A DNA stretch of 64,000 bases from Lama guanicoe (Eukaryota). Under the pieces are notes generated by a model, which was given only the letters and a program-made list of their open reading frames with translations, ran no database searches and was not told the origin of the DNA. Positions 12,331 through 26,075 of the stretch are shown piece after piece. A program made the translations under genes and the position numbers. How positions within the stretch are numbered: the first letter of the stretch is position 1; every line of letters begins with the position of its first letter. The stretch spans positions 569,015 through 633,014 of the forward strand of contig MU054049.1 in assembly GCA_013239625.1 (NCBI GenBank). The letters are read 5' to 3'.

Positions 12331-14109
12331 CTTTTTTTTTTTAACTTGGAACAAATGCTAAATGCGAAGTAAATTTAAAACCACTTTGATGTATAGTATA
12401 CATTCAAATTCTCCAGAATACATTAGTTTTTTTTTTCTTTCCCTCTGCATCTCTGGGGGTTTAGTTAAAATTTGATCGTCTCATCTAATCTGAATTGACT
12501 GAAATGATTTTAACATTTGGACTAGTAATCCTCTCTGCCTTAAAAGTGGGAAATGTTCCAAAAGCAAATACTAAAGGGAAAATTTACCACATTCTCTGAT
12601 ACAATGTTGTTTTGCCGCATTTACCTTTCCCATTGCAGAGAATTGCCTGAGCTTTCCTAGGTTTATTTTGGCAGATATCTAAGGGAATGGGAATCCAAGA
12701 GCTGAGAATAGCTTTATCATGTACCCACATTTGAAGAAAATGGAATACTGTCATATCTTTTAAATTTGATCTTACTGAGATCTTTGACTACGTGAAGACT
12801 GCAGATTTGTTAGAGATAAGGTAACCACAACAGTTCATTAAGCATTTTCTAGAGATTATTAAGTAGCATTAGGAATTATTATCTTTCTTTTCTGTGTTTT
12901 TCTAAGTTTTCTGAGTAGTGTTTCTGTGGTTATATTGGTACATTAAATTTCTTGCTCCTCCTTGAGGACAGCAACTAGGAGATGATGCTGGTTTTGCACG
13001 GGTAGTATTTATTGAGAAACCACTCTATACCAAAACAGGTATTAAGTGATATGGGGGCCACAGGAAGTAGAAGTCAGGCTCTATTTTCACTGAGTATAAC
13101 TTGATGGGAGATAAGAACAAACATAAGTGCATTTATGTCCTAATACAAGAAACCAAGTATTGTTAGGCATTTCATTGGGAATTTCTTTAGTTATCAGGCT
13201 TAGCGCCGGATGTTGGGAACTTCTGAACCATATACATTTCTAGCTCTGCCTTTTAAAATAACGCTCACTAGATAAACCACAAAAAGCAAGATGTCATCTC
13301 TCCTCATTTCTGGTTAAAGTTGAGAGTGTGATACAGATTAGTCAAAATCTAAGTCAGAAGAAAATGCAGACCTTATAGTCATCTCAAATCCATTTTGGAA
13401 AACACAACAGGGTATCAAAATAGGTGTATGAAAAGTATGAAAAGCAGGTAGTAGAAAAGAAGCTAGTCAGATATTAACTGGAGTCCTCCAACTCTACTAT
13501 GTTGAAGCTTTCTGAAAACCGAAGGCTAAATTTATGCTGGGAGCACTTTCTTAAGCCTTTCTCTGATATTGAGAAGTGTGAGCTTCACTGCTTCCTGTTG
13601 CTGAGAGGCCTAAGCCCCGTCATATTTCTGGGGACACTAGAAAAGAAAAACAGTCAAGCACACGTGCTTTGCTTGGCATGATGTATCAAAAACATTGGGA
13701 GGTTGCTATTTCCTAAAAGCTGTTAATGGGAATGGAAGTACACCATTCTCTGCCTTGCTCCTGAGAAGGGGATTCTCTCTCAGATGCCATTTGGGTCAAC
13801 CAAAAGTGAGATAAAGGAAAGCCATCACAGTACAGATTTCCCTGTGATTTAAGAAAGGGTCAGTTTTCAGTTAAATAAAAAACCAAAGCATCTGGCTTTG
13901 TCTGTTCTGTTAAAAATTTTAAATTTTCAGTGATTTTATTTATCTTTTGACTAAGTGGTATATTTACTGATTCAGATTTCAAAGATTTAAAAAGGTATAC
14001 AGTGAAAAATTTCCTTTGTACCCTGTGCAGCCCAGCCACCACATTCCTTTGCATGGAAACAGTGTAAAGTTTCCTTTCAAAGATACTTTATGTGTGTGCA
14101 AGTAAATAC

Positions 14110-14460
14110 AGATGTATAATTCCTTTCCAAAACCTTTGGTCCAGAAGTATTTCAGAATTAAGTTTTGGGTTTTTTGGGGGGTGGGGGGTGAGGGGACTGT
14201 AGAAAGGTAATGTAGTGCATCTACTCTACTATCCAGAAACCCTAGCAGGAGGAAGGGTTACATCCTATAATCAAACACATTAAGATTTCTGTATTGAAAG
14301 CATAAATATAGTACAGCAAGGATAAATAAAAATTGCAGATTGTCTTATGGAATTTTTGGTCAGGTTTGACACCAAATAGGTTTGTACTAAATTTACAATA
14401 AACTTGTATTTCTCAAAGCTTTATGGATTTCAGAACTGACAGTGAAGGATTGTGTATCTT
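14110..14460. mobile_element. Tigger-family non-autonomous DNA transposon (MER46-like)
   Basis: Imperfect inverted ends (cagatgtataattcctt... / ...aaggattgtgtatct) and an internal tccaaaacctttgg.ccaga.gtatttcagaatt motif. Confidence 0.55.
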
Positions 14461-14640
14461 ACCTGTATATGTCCTGTGCCTCCCGTGTTTTTTCTTTAAG
14501 TTGCATACCATGCACATTATCTTTCACCTTTTGCTTTTAACTTAACAGTATAGCCTAGAGATGATTTCATATTAGTCTTATTAGTACATAAATAGCATGT
14601 TTATTCTTTTTTTTTTTAAACACCTTCATGGTATACCATT

Positions 14641-14978
14641 TGTCTTAGCTTGGGCTGCTATAACAAAATACCATAAACTGGGTGGCTTGAAAAACAGACA
14701 TTTATTTTTCACAGCTCTAGAGGCTGTAAAGTTTAAGATCAAGGTGCCAGGAGATTTGGTTCCTGGTGAGGACTCTTCTGACTTTCAGATGTCACTTTCT
14801 CGCTGTGACTTCATATGGAGAAAGAGTGCTCTGCTCTCTCTTCCTCTTTTTATGACATTAATCCCATTATAGGGGCTCTATCATGACCTCTTATAAACCT
14901 GATTACCTAGGTTATTACCTAGGGGTCAGGGCTTCAATATAAGAATTTTGGGAAGACTCAAAAATTTAATCAGTAATA
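14641..14978. mobile_element. MaLR solo LTR (MLT1A-like) with 5-bp TSD CCATT
   Basis: tgtcttagcttgggctgctataacaaaataccataaactgggtggctt...aagatcaaggtgccagg. CCATT at 14636-14640 and 14979-14983. Confidence 0.85.
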
Positions 14979-15360
14979 CCATTATACAGGTGTAACATTC
15001 TTATATAGCCCCTTTTTGAGGTACATTTAGGTTGTTTTCAGTCTTTTGCTATCAAAAACCATGGTGCAATGGATTACTTTGTGCATACATAACTTCCCCC
15101 TTGTATAGAAATGTGTAGGATACACTTCCGGAAGTGGAATTGCTAGGTCAGAGTGTATGTGCATTTATAATTTTGATAGATATTGCCAAAGTGCTATCTG
15201 TAGAGATTGTTCCAACATTCCACCAGCACTGTGTAAGGATGCCTGCTGCTTTTCTCATTACCAGTATGAATGAGGTTAAACATCTTTTGTCTTTTAAGGA
15301 CTGTTGGCATTTTTATTGTGAACTATCCATAACCTTGCCTATTTTTCTGTTGCTTTGTTA

Positions 15361-15396
<36 letters not shown>

Positions 15397-16086
15397 TTTT
15401 TTTTTTTGTATTAGGGAAAATAGCTCTGTGCTATTTTTTGGAAATATTTTTTCTAGTTTACTGTTTGCTTTTTAAATTTGCTTGTGATGGTTTTGTCATG
15501 CTGAAATTTTTTTTTCCTCAGTAGTTAAGCTTCCCAGTCCTTCTGGTTGTTGACTTCTAAGTTGTATGCTGTGGTTAGCAAATCTTTCCCTAATTCCAGA
15601 TTATATAAGAATTTGCAGATGGTATTTCTCTAATGAAGTGGAACAGAGAAGTAGGTTGGTTGGTAAAGAAAAATGTAGGGTTCAGTGAATAAAAAGGAGA
15701 ATATGCGGGAAAGGAGGTGGAGAGCACTAGTAGATTGGCCTTTGTTAGAAAGATGTCTTGCATCAAATAGGGAATGCAGAAAAGCTGTGTGTTCTTCCAA
15801 GGAAATTTGGTTGCTGAAAGATAAAAGTTTATCTTCTTGGCTTTCATCTTCTCTCCTGCTTTCTGTTTTCTCATTGGTATGAGCTGGGAGGGGAATGGGG
15901 GTGTTTAAAACAGTTTTTTATGAAGTATTGATTGACCATTTAAGCATTAGAAAGTCTTGAATTTAAAGTGGTATCTGTCAGCCTGGTTTTGTGATTTTTT
16001 TCCCCCACCCAGCATTATTTAACTGGTTAAATATAAGCAAAGATAAGACAAATGTTTCAGTTTCTCTGGGGTGAGGTTTTGTCAAA

Positions 16087-16477
16087 TGTATCAGTCAGAG
16101 TCTCCAGAGAAACAGAATCACTAGGAAATATGTATGTACATATGTGTACATAAAGAAATTTCAAGGCATTTGCTTACACAATTATGGGTGCTGACAAGTT
16201 GGAAATCTGTAGGGCAGGCTGGCAAGAAACTCTTGGACAGGAGCTGATGCTGCAGTCTTGAAGCAGAATTTTGTCTTCCTCAGGAAAACCTCAGTTGTGC
16301 TCTTAAGGCCTTTCAACTGATTGGATGAGGCTCACCAACACTACTGAGGATAATCTCCTCTGCTTAAAGTCAACTGATTGTGGATGTTAACTACATCTAC
16401 AAAATACCTTCACAGCAACACTTAGATTAGTATTTGATTGAATAGCAGAACTGTAGCCAAGTTGACACATAAAACTA
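16087..16477. mobile_element. ERVL solo LTR (MLT2-like)
   Basis: tgtatcagtcagagtctccagagaaacagaa...ttcaactgattggatgaggctcacc...aagttgacacataaaa. Confidence 0.85.
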
Positions 16478-16479
16478 GG

Positions 16480-16922
16480 TCAGCATAAAAGAATGAAATT
16501 CTGCCATTCAGCAACATAGATGGAACTAGAGAATATTATGCTTAGTGAAATAAGTCAGAGAAAGACAAATACTGTGTGATATCACTTATATGTGAAAAAA
16601 ACAAATGAGTATATATAGCAAAACAGAAACAGACTCTCAGATACAGAAGACAAACTAGTGGTTACGAGTGGTGGGGAAGGAAAGGCAGAGGGGCGAGACA
16701 AAGGTATGGGATTTAAGAGATAAAAACTTCTGTGTATAAAATAGATAAGCAAGAAGGATATCTTGTGTAGCACAGGGAATTATAACCATTATCTTATAAT
16801 AACTTTTAATGGAGTGTAATCTTTAAAAATTCTGAATTACCATGCTGCACACCTGAAACTAACATAATATTGTAAATTAACTATAGTTTAAGAATATTTT
16901 ATGTTAAAAATCTAAAATAAAA
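16480..16922 (+). mobile_element. 5'-truncated L1 3' end
   Basis: aagaatgaaattctgccatt.cagcaacatagatggaactagagaatattatgcttagtgaaataagtcag...acacctgaaactaacataatattgtaaattaactata followed by an A-rich tail. Confidence 0.85.
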
Positions 16923-18001
16923 GGGAACAAGGGAAATTAGGGCTTTTTAAAGGGAATGCTTAGAGGGGTGGTAATGAATCATGAAATCTAACATGGGCAA
17001 GAAAGGAAGTGAAGTCAGGATGGATAGTAAGGAAGGGGTAGCATCAATGTATTGGAAATTTCAATTAGAATTGTTCCGGGTGGTGGTTGGATGAAGTAAG
17101 AGAACCAGAAGGATTGAATGTGGTGGTCAGATAGGATGCTTGAAATAGAGATAATGACAGACAGAGATATAATAGCTTCTGACAATGATAATATCTAGGG
17201 TAGCCTTGGGAGTGGGCTGCTGAGGTGGAATAGAAGAGAAAATCTGTGGAAGTGAGGAGGGCAATGAATTAAAGGGCTGAAGTATTAAAGACGTCAGTCA
17301 GTCTGCATGAATGATGAAGTTAGTAAATGGTGATGCTCGGAATAAGGGTACCTACTATGTACCAGTTGCTAATGTCCTCAATGAGGGAGAATTGGAGGGA
17401 GGGTAGACAATGATAAGGAATAGTAAAGGTAACATAAATTGGCTGTTTGCTTGTCACAAATTAGGAATTTCAGAAGGCCCAGTAAAGTATTTAGTCGGGG
17501 ATGTGGAATTGGGGAAAATGAGGATATACATAGCAGTGTGGCAATGACAACTCAGGAAATAATAGATGACCAGGAAGAGTGGGACTTTTTCTGGGATGTG
17601 AGGTTTGAGGGGATTAATCCTGCTCATAGGTGGGAGAAGGTGGCCAGTTGTACTGTTAGAGGACTCTGTGGCAGTGTTTTTTTAAATTACCTGTCATGGC
17701 CCATTTGTGGATTATAGAATGAATTTAAGAGATTACATTTTTAAATGAAATGCAATGGAAAATATCAGAGTGTGTATCACAAGTAACAAGGCGCTAAAAT
17801 TTTTTAGCATCTTTATTGAGATTTAATTTCCATATCATTACAGTTCACCTATTTGAAGAATACAGTTCAAAGTCTTTCTCATATATTCATGGAGTAATGC
17901 AGCTATCACCACAAATTAATTTCAGGACATTTTTGTCACTCCCAAAAGAAACTCTGCTTCCCATTCCTTCATGTGCACATACACACACCTACACGCATAA
18001 A

Positions 18002-18028
18002 CCCAGCCCCAGCCCCAGCCCCAGCCCC
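18002..18028. repeat. (CCCAGC)n hexamer repeat
   Basis: cccagccccagccccagccccagcccc. Confidence 0.85.
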
Positions 18029-19052
18029 AAGTAACTACTGATCTTCTGCTTTGTGTCTATCATAGATTTGCCTTTTCTGGGCATCATATAGGATGTATAT
18101 GTGATCTTTTGTGACTGCTTATTTCACTTAGCGTAATGTTTTCAAGATTCATTCATCTTGTAGCATGTATCAGTACTTTATTACTTTCTATGATATAATT
18201 AATGTTCGTTTGTATAGATATAGCCCATGTTATTTATCCACTCTTCGTTTGATGGGCATTTGGCTATAATAAGTAATGCTGAACATTCAGGCACAAGTTC
18301 CTGTTTGATGTATGTTTTCAGTCCTCTTGGGAATATCGCTAGGATTGGAATTGCTGGTCACGTGGGTAATCCCACGGTTAACATGTTGAGGAACTGACAA
18401 ACTGTTCTTCAGGGTGGCGGCATCATTTTACATATCCACCAGCAAGGTATGAAAGGTTCCAGTTTGTCTACATCCTGTTGATGCTTTTGTTATTGTCTGT
18501 CTGTTGATACAGCCATCCTTAATGAGTTTGAAGTGGTATCTTACTGTAATTTGGATTCCCATTTCTCTAATGGCTAATGATGTTGGTCATCTTTCACGTG
18601 CTTTGTTTATGTTAGGAGAAATATTCATTCAGACCCTTTGCTCATTTTAAAAATTGGGTTATCTTTTTATTGAGGTGTAAGTATTCTTTATATAGTCTAG
18701 ATACAAGACCTTATCAAGTATTTCAGAAATATTTTCTCCTATTTTGGGGGTTGTCTTTTCAGTTTCTTAATGTTATCATTTGGAGCACTAAAGATTTTAA
18801 TTTTACTGAAATCCAGTTCATCTATTTTTTCTTTGTTGCTTGTGCTTTTGGTGTTGTATCTTCGAGATCACTGCCTAACTGAAGATTGTGAAGATAACTT
18901 GTGAAGAGATCGTGAAGAGTTTTATAGTTTTAGCTCTTATATTTAAGTCTGTGATTTATTTTGAGTTAATCTGTGTGTGATGTGAGAAGGGACCTGACTT
19001 CATTCTTTTGCATATGGGTATATAGTTGTCCCAGCACTATTGGTTGAAAATA

Positions 19053-19246
19053 CTATTGACCCTTGAACAACCTAAGTTTGAACTGTGTAAGTCCATTTAT
19101 AAGCACATTTTTTTCAACAAATACATACTGCAGTACTACATGATCCAAAGTTGGTTGAATCCAAGGATGTGGATTTGGATTAAAGAGGGCCGACCATAAA
19201 TGTAACCCTAGATTTTCAATTGCACGGGAGGTTCAAGAGTCAACTG
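19053..19246. mobile_element. Tigger2-type MITE with TIRs and TA TSD, inserted in L1
   Basis: Left CTATTGACCCTTGAAC; right GTTCAAGAGTCAACTG (reverse complement CAGTTGACTCTTGAAC). TA at 19051-19052 and 19247-19248. Confidence 0.85.
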
Positions 19247-21632
19247 TACTGTGCTTTCTTTTTGAACTCTCTTACCATTCTTGTTCGTTTTTAATGGGTT
19301 TTATCCCCCTTGGACTCTCAGTTTTAGTCCATTAATCTACATGTCTATCCTTCTGTCAATCACTCTATCTTGCTTACTGGAGCTAAGAATTACTTTGTGA
19401 AATTTGTGTTTCAATTCATTACATATAGATACACACAGAGGTGTATATGTAATGGTTGTGATGTAAAATGCTTGAAAACTTGTCATTTGAGCTATGGTGG
19501 CTTCCTGCAACAGTTCACTCTCTGGTGGCAACTTAATGGGATGTGCTTCCTCTTGGGGAATGTACCAGTAGAGCAAGTTTGAGGGCCTTTCTGTGGGCAT
19601 ATGAATTCCTTTTAGATTGGAGGACTGATTTTTCTTACTTTAGTGGGTGTTGTGTTCTTTTTGGGTGTATGTGGACCAAAGGAGGCTTTAGAACAGCTGT
19701 GGAAATTCCTCAACAATCAATCAGATCGAATTTAAGGATTAGGAAATAAAGTATGATTTGAAATTTTGAAACACGGCCAGTCTTTCATGGCTCTTGGTTA
19801 AAAAAAGAAAAAAAGGAATATATTAAGCATGTCTGTATTGGATAACTATTATCTTGATCCTCTGTAAGTGTTTTCCTGTAGGCTTTTGTGTCACTTAATT
19901 TTTAGCATACTGTCTTAGTCTCCTATACCTGGATTTTTTTATTAGGACATTATGTATGAAAAATTATAGAGATAATTTAAAGATCATCTTAATCCAGTCA
20001 GAGACTAAAGTGTTTCAAAGCTGAGCTCTCCAGAGTCTGCAAAGGCTGATCTATTTTCTTTTTTCTTTAATCCTAGGATATGATCCTTTGAAGTCTCAAC
20101 ATAAAACCAGGAATGTTATCAGCCCCCTGTTTCTCTATCCCTGTACTTTGTTGGTTCCTTACCTCTAATAATTAACACCTGATCCCCACCAGCCTTGTAA
20201 ATCTGGCAAGTTCAGCTCGGCTTCTCAGCCACCCTTACGGAATTGGCAGATGCTTCCTGAGAAAACGGCCCCCAGATGTTTGGCTCACCTCTGATGTTGT
20301 CCTTACTCTCCCAGATCTTAGCCTCCATGCTTTTTTTTTACTGCCCTTTTAGCAGTCTGATGCCTTCAAAGAGGTATTTTATGTTTGTTTTTCTAATTTT
20401 GCCTGGGGAAAGGGGATGTCCAGGTTTTTCCTTTGCTCTCAGTATAAGAGTTGGTCTGAAGTACCTAGTTAACCATTATAAGGGAATGTTGTATATGGTT
20501 TTAGTTTTTTCTCAAAGTGAGAGTTTGAGTACCATTGTCATTATATATACAATATATATTCATTGTATATACATTATAGCAATTATTAGAGAAAGGAAAA
20601 TAAGATTAAGAGTAGAAAAAGGTAAACAAATGGCAGTTGAAAATGACATTTTTGCAAAGTTTGGGGGGTTAAAGATAAGGTAACATTTTCATGTCGATCA
20701 GGAATGAGAAATGGCAGGCATACATATATTTGTTGGCAAGATATTGTCATAGTTACAAAGCTGGAGAATCCTAGATAGTGTGGAGGAGGGAATAAGAAGT
20801 ATCTACTCGGTTATATTGAGTAAAATTTTAAAATTTGTTCCACAGAGAAACCCCAGGATAACTTTTTAAGTCATTATATGGAGGGGTTAACGTTGGGACC
20901 GGACTTAATGGTTGTAGTGGTATATGCCTACAGCATAGGCACTAGTAAAGTAAGAGGTTGCAGAGAGAATTTAATTCTATGAAACCCATTATTATTATAA
21001 GACATGAAATGTTGCTGATTTTGATTTCGTGTTCTATCTTCACATGTATTTTTATGTATGTAAATTAATTTATGGTCTTCATGAGTTCTTTATGTTCTTG
21101 GTCCTCCAACTCACTCATATATTTCTAAAATTTCAAAGTTACAAAATTTTTATCACTCTTCAACCATTGTAGTTGAAGAGGGAGCTATCTCTTTTTTAGT
21201 CCCTTTTTTCTTCTTAAAAAAATGAGATATTGGAGGTGTTCAGTCTTAGGTGATTTTATCAGTAGAGTTTTGGTTGATATTTTAAACTTTAGAAGATAGG
21301 AATTGTTTCTTACACTGATTCTGTCTCTTTCATGCCCCTTCTTTTCTAATGTTTATGTATGTAGTGTATGTGTCATAGGGACTCGTTTAAAACCTGTGTT
21401 TCCTTGCTAGACCTGTCCGAAGAAATTGCTATTATTGTCTTCTGGTGGTTTGCAACTGATCATTTAGCCAGCTTTTTTTTTTTTTAATGACTGTATTCTT
21501 CCACATCACCCTCAGCTTTTATTAAGAATGTTCAAACATAACAGACAAATGAAAAGAACAGGACAATTGACACCTGTATACTACCACTTGGATACGATAG
21601 TTAACATTTTGTTATATTTGTTTATTTCTCTC

Positions 21633-21639
21633 TTAATAG

Positions 21640-21677
<38 letters not shown>

Positions 21678-21712
21678 CTTTATTAATAGGGCTTTTTTTT
21701 TTTTTTTTTTTT
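21633..21712. repeat. Double poly(T) tract, each preceded by TTAATAG(A/G)GC
   Basis: ttaatagagc(T)n-ctttattaatagggc(T)n. Confidence 0.85.
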
Positions 21713-22699
21713 GGCTGCTTTGATACCTAAAGCTAAACACATTCTCTTATAAATGTCATCTTTGGTGGAGGGAAGACCCTTAATGTTTAGTCTGTATTCA
21801 AGTTTTTCCAGTTTATAGTGGGTTTTCCTGAGCCAGAATTCAGTCAAAGTTCATGCATTACATTTGATTGTTGTTACTTTGGTCACTTTTAATTTACTAC
21901 TGTTGCCCCCACCTCTGCTTTTCTCCCCCACAATGGTAGCTTCTTGAAGAGATCAGACTAGTCATTTTATAGAATGTTCCCTCATTCTTAATTTGTCTGA
22001 TTGTTTCCTTGTGGTCTTTAACTTTTCTCTCTAGCCACTGTGTTTCCTAAGAACAGAGGCTTGGAACTAAATGTTGCATTATATTTAGGTTTTGGGGCTT
22101 AGATACTCTATGTATGTTATGTTGATTCATGATACAAGGCATACCACATCAGGTTATCTACCTAAAATGTGATCATTTGGTTAAACTGGTATTCACTAGA
22201 TCTGTCCATAATAAAGATGGTTCCCCCACTTTGCAATTAGCAGTTGATCAATGAGGTGATATTTTAGTTCCCTGCAAATATTCTGTTTCCCAGCAGCCTT
22301 TTACCTAATGTTTTTAGCATATGTTGATAAACCTTGTCTAAACCAGTTAATTCATTTGGGCTTGTAAAGTGATACTTTTCTAACCCTGTCATCCTTCTGG
22401 ATCTATCAGCCAACAGTCCTCCCTATAAAAGACCTTTCCCATGTCAACTGAGATTGAACTACAGTCCTTCCTGAAAAAATGAGGGAAATGCTTATTTTCC
22501 TTTGATGTCTCAGCTCTTTAACTCTGAGAATTCTTTCAGCTCTGAAACTCTGAACTCAATTTCAACTCTGAAAATGGGTGACTGGTCATCTCCAAAGATG
22601 TCAAAAAATTTTATTTCTCTTTCTCTCTCTCTTGGTATTACAGAGATTTTTGTTTTGAGGGGTGGCTATCATTATTTAGTCACAGTCCCTTTTTAAAGT

Positions 22700-25410
22700 A
22701 GAGTTTATTTTTTTACAAATTTCAGGTTTACAAAAAAAATGATAATATGTTGCAGAGAGTTCCTATATACCCTGTACCCAGTTTCTTCTGTTATCAATAG
22801 CCTACATTAGTATGGTACATTTGTTATAATTAGTGAACTAATATTGATGAATTATTATTAGCCAAAGTCCATAGTTTTCTCCACTTTCCTTGGCTTTTAC
22901 CTAATGTCCTTTTTCTCTTTCACGTATCCCATCCAAGATACCTGTTACATTTAGTTGTCATGTTTCCTCAGAATCTTCTTGGTTTTGAGTTTTTCAGACA
23001 TTTCTTGAGATTTTTAGTGACCCTCACAGTTTTGAGGAGGACCGTACAGGCATTTTGTGGGATGCCTCTTTATTGGAATTTGATGTTTTTCTTATTTTTA
23101 GACTAGGGTTATGGATTTGGGGGAGGAAGATCACAAAGGTAAAGTGCCATTTTCATCATGTAATGTCAAGAGTGCATACCATAATTCACAACTGTTGATG
23201 TTGACATTGATCACCTGGCTGAGATAGTATTTGTCAGATCTCTCCTCTCACCCCTTTCCCTACTGTACTGTTTGGAAGAAGTCACTATGTGCAGCCTACA
23301 CTTGAAGAGTGAGGAGTTAAATGCTCCCTCCTTGAGAGTAGAATGTATTCATTATTTGGAATCCTGCATGAGAAATCTCTCTCTTTTCCCATTTATTAAT
23401 TTATTCCATCATTAATATCACTATGGATGTATAAATATTTACTTTAAACCTTGGGTTGTAATCCAGTGCTACTTTATTTTATTTTGTTCAGATTGTTCCA
23501 CCTTTGGCTATTGCAAGATCTTTTAGTTGGCTCCTGTGCCCCTTTGACATACCTACATCAGAGTTGGTGTTATTTGTTTCTGAGGACATCCTTACTTTCT
23601 GGCACTACAAGATGCTCCAAGCTCATCTTGTACATTCTCTGCCCCAGACCTAGAATTAGCCATTTCTCCAAGGAGCCCTCTTTTCTTTTATTGGAGAATG
23701 GTGTTAGAAACCAAGATGGAGGTGCTAGATGTGCTTATTGTTTCTGGAATGTGGTTTCTTTTAGGCACTCTTGGCAGACAGAGCAAAGAAATGAGTATGT
23801 ATATATTAGCCCACATGTATATAAATATGTGTCTATATACATGTCTACAAATATTTTTGTGTGTAACCATCTATGTCTATATTAAAGCACACATGAATTC
23901 TTACTGTCTTCCATTCTAGTCCATTACTACATAAATCATTCTGGCATCCTCCCCTTATTGGTCACTGAATTTCCTAGTGAGATACCTGCCTCCCACCATA
24001 TACCATACATTCACTTAATTGTTCAATTCCAGTATGTGTATGTGTATAGCAGTATCAGAATTATTAATCCATACCCAAATGGAAACAGCTGTTATCAACT
24101 AGGAGGTTTTTCTGTCCATTCTTTGGAAAATTCTACATATATAATCATGTCATCTGCAAACAAACAATTTTATTTCTTCTTTCACAATCTCTATACGCTT
24201 TATTTTCATTTGTTGTCTTATTGGAATAGCTAGAACTTCCAGTATGATACGGAATAGGAGTGGTGAAAGAGGACATGTTATTACCTTGTTCCTGAACTTA
24301 GAGGGAAAGTAACCAGTTTCTTACAATTAAGTGTGTTAACTATAGGGGGTGTTTTGAGGGGGAGGGGGAGGGGGTAGATAGTTTTCTGAGAGTTTTTATC
24401 ATGAATGGGTATTAGATTTTATCAGATGCTTTTTCTTCTTCCGTTGATATGATCATATGATTTTTCTTCTTTAGCCTCTTGGTGTGATGTGTTGCATTTA
24501 TAGATTTTAGAACCAGCTTTGCATTCCTGAAATAAATCCCCCTTTGTTGTGGTATAGAATTCTTTTTATTCATTGTTAGATTTGATTACAGATATTTTGT
24601 TGAGAATTTTGCATCTGTGTTCATAAGAGATATTGCTCTATAGTTTTCTTGTAATGTATCTGATTTGGTATTAGGATAATGCTGCCCTCATAAAATAAGT
24701 TAGGGAGTGTTTCCTCTGCTTCTGTTTTCTGGAAGAGATTATAGACAATTGATTTTTTTTTCTCTTAAATGTTTGGTAGAATTCACCAGTGAACCATTTG
24801 GTCTTGGTGTTTTTAATTGATGATTAATAACTACTGATTCAGTTTCTTTAATAGGTGTAGACCTATTCAGATTATCCATTTCTCTTTATAGGAATTTTGG
24901 TAGATTATGTCTTTCACAGAATTGGTCCATTTCACTTCAGTTATCAAATTTCTGGGTACAGAGTTTTTCATAATAGTCCTTTATTATCCTTTTAATGTAT
25001 ATGCAATTAGTAGGTGATCCCTCTCACATTTTTTATATTAGTGATTAGTGTCCTCTCTCTTTTTTCCTTTCTTAATCTAACTATGTGTTTATCGATTTTG
25101 TTTATATTTTCAAAAAAACAGCTTTGGTTTTTGTTGAGTTTTTTCCTCTGTTGTCTTATTTTCAATTCTATTGATTTCTGCTCTAATCCTTGTTATTTTT
25201 TCTTCTGCTTGTTTTAGGTGTCAGTATTCTCTTTAATACTCAAATTGTCCCAGATTTGGCCAGTGGGAATTTCTTTAGGTGACTACTCTGATAGTTTGAT
25301 CTGACCTGAATGTCCATTGAGTGCTTCCCGGCTTCCTGGCCAAATACGATGTCTGTGTTTCAGCTTGAACTTATCCTGCCTCAACCTGGAACACTCCATT
25401 TCTTTAGAAA
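22700..25410 (-). mobile_element. Old L1 (L1MC/MD-like) fragments covering 3' UTR and ORF2
   Basis: atttcaggtttacaaaaaa..gagagttcctatataccc, tctggcactacaagatgctcca.gctcatcttgtac, atcatgtcatctgcaaacaaa, tttggtagaattcaccagtgaa. Confidence 0.8.
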
Positions 25411-25844
25411 ATTAGTTTCCGTCCTAATTTTATATGATTGTTCATTTCTTTCATTCAAGTTTTGAACCGATTTGCCTCACAGGATCTGCCTTTTTGCTTT
25501 TTTTTTGGTAGTCTGTAGAACAGCTGAGGCCTCCTGTCAATGCTAGTACTCAGGGTATCCTTCCTTACTTCAAAAACAGAACATTTTTCGGTTCAGTTTA
25601 TGTGGACATAAACATAGAGCCATAGTCTTCCGTGAGGTCTCTGAAGGTGATTTGTCCTTTGGCAGTTTGGACTCCTACTGTATGAGAGATAATTGAACAC
25701 CATACTGCTATACCCTTTTAAGGAGCTAGAAAATTGAGTATACAGTATTCTGAATGATCTGATTTGGCTTTTCTGCATCTCTACAATTATTTCATCATTT
25801 ATTTTTAAAGTGTTTGAACTTCAGGGTTTTGTTACTTTTTCTTT

Positions 25845-26075
25845 AACAAATATTTACTTATGTGCCAGCACTTTACAAATAGAAACCCACAATTTAATCC
25901 TTCTAACAGCCTTGTAGGCTGTATTATTTATTATTCTACTCTCTCCTCCATTTTACAGATGGGGAAATTGAGGCAGGTGAACTTAAGTAAATTGCCCAGG
26001 ATGATGGGGCCAGAATCTGAATCCAGACAATCTGCTCCAGAGTCTGAGCTTTAGTCACTGCTTTGTGCTGCCTTT
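25845..26075 (-). mobile_element. MIR SINE
   Basis: Core ctccattttacagatggggaaattgaggcagg..aagtaaattgcccagg...gaatccagacaatctgctccagagtc. Confidence 0.85.

Larger units (their letters stand above)
13900..15630 (-). mobile_element. Old L1 (L1M) 3' region, interrupted by two later insertions
   Basis: Antisense L1 motifs: gtacatttaggttgttttcagtcttttgctat, gaagtggaattgctaggtcagag, acattccaccagcactgtgtaagg. Confidence 0.65.
17810..19400 (-). mobile_element. L1 (L1MA/MB-like) 3' UTR and ORF2 C-terminal region
   Basis: Antisense L1 motifs: ctttattgagatttaattt, ggattggaattgctggtca, gaagtggtatcttactgta, gtccagcactattggttgaaaa-like. Confidence 0.8.

Noticed and set aside
20276..23885. 135-aa and 144-aa ORFs
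   Set aside because: The 144-aa ORF lies in an antisense L1 remnant. The 135-aa ORF has no coding features or recognisable domain.
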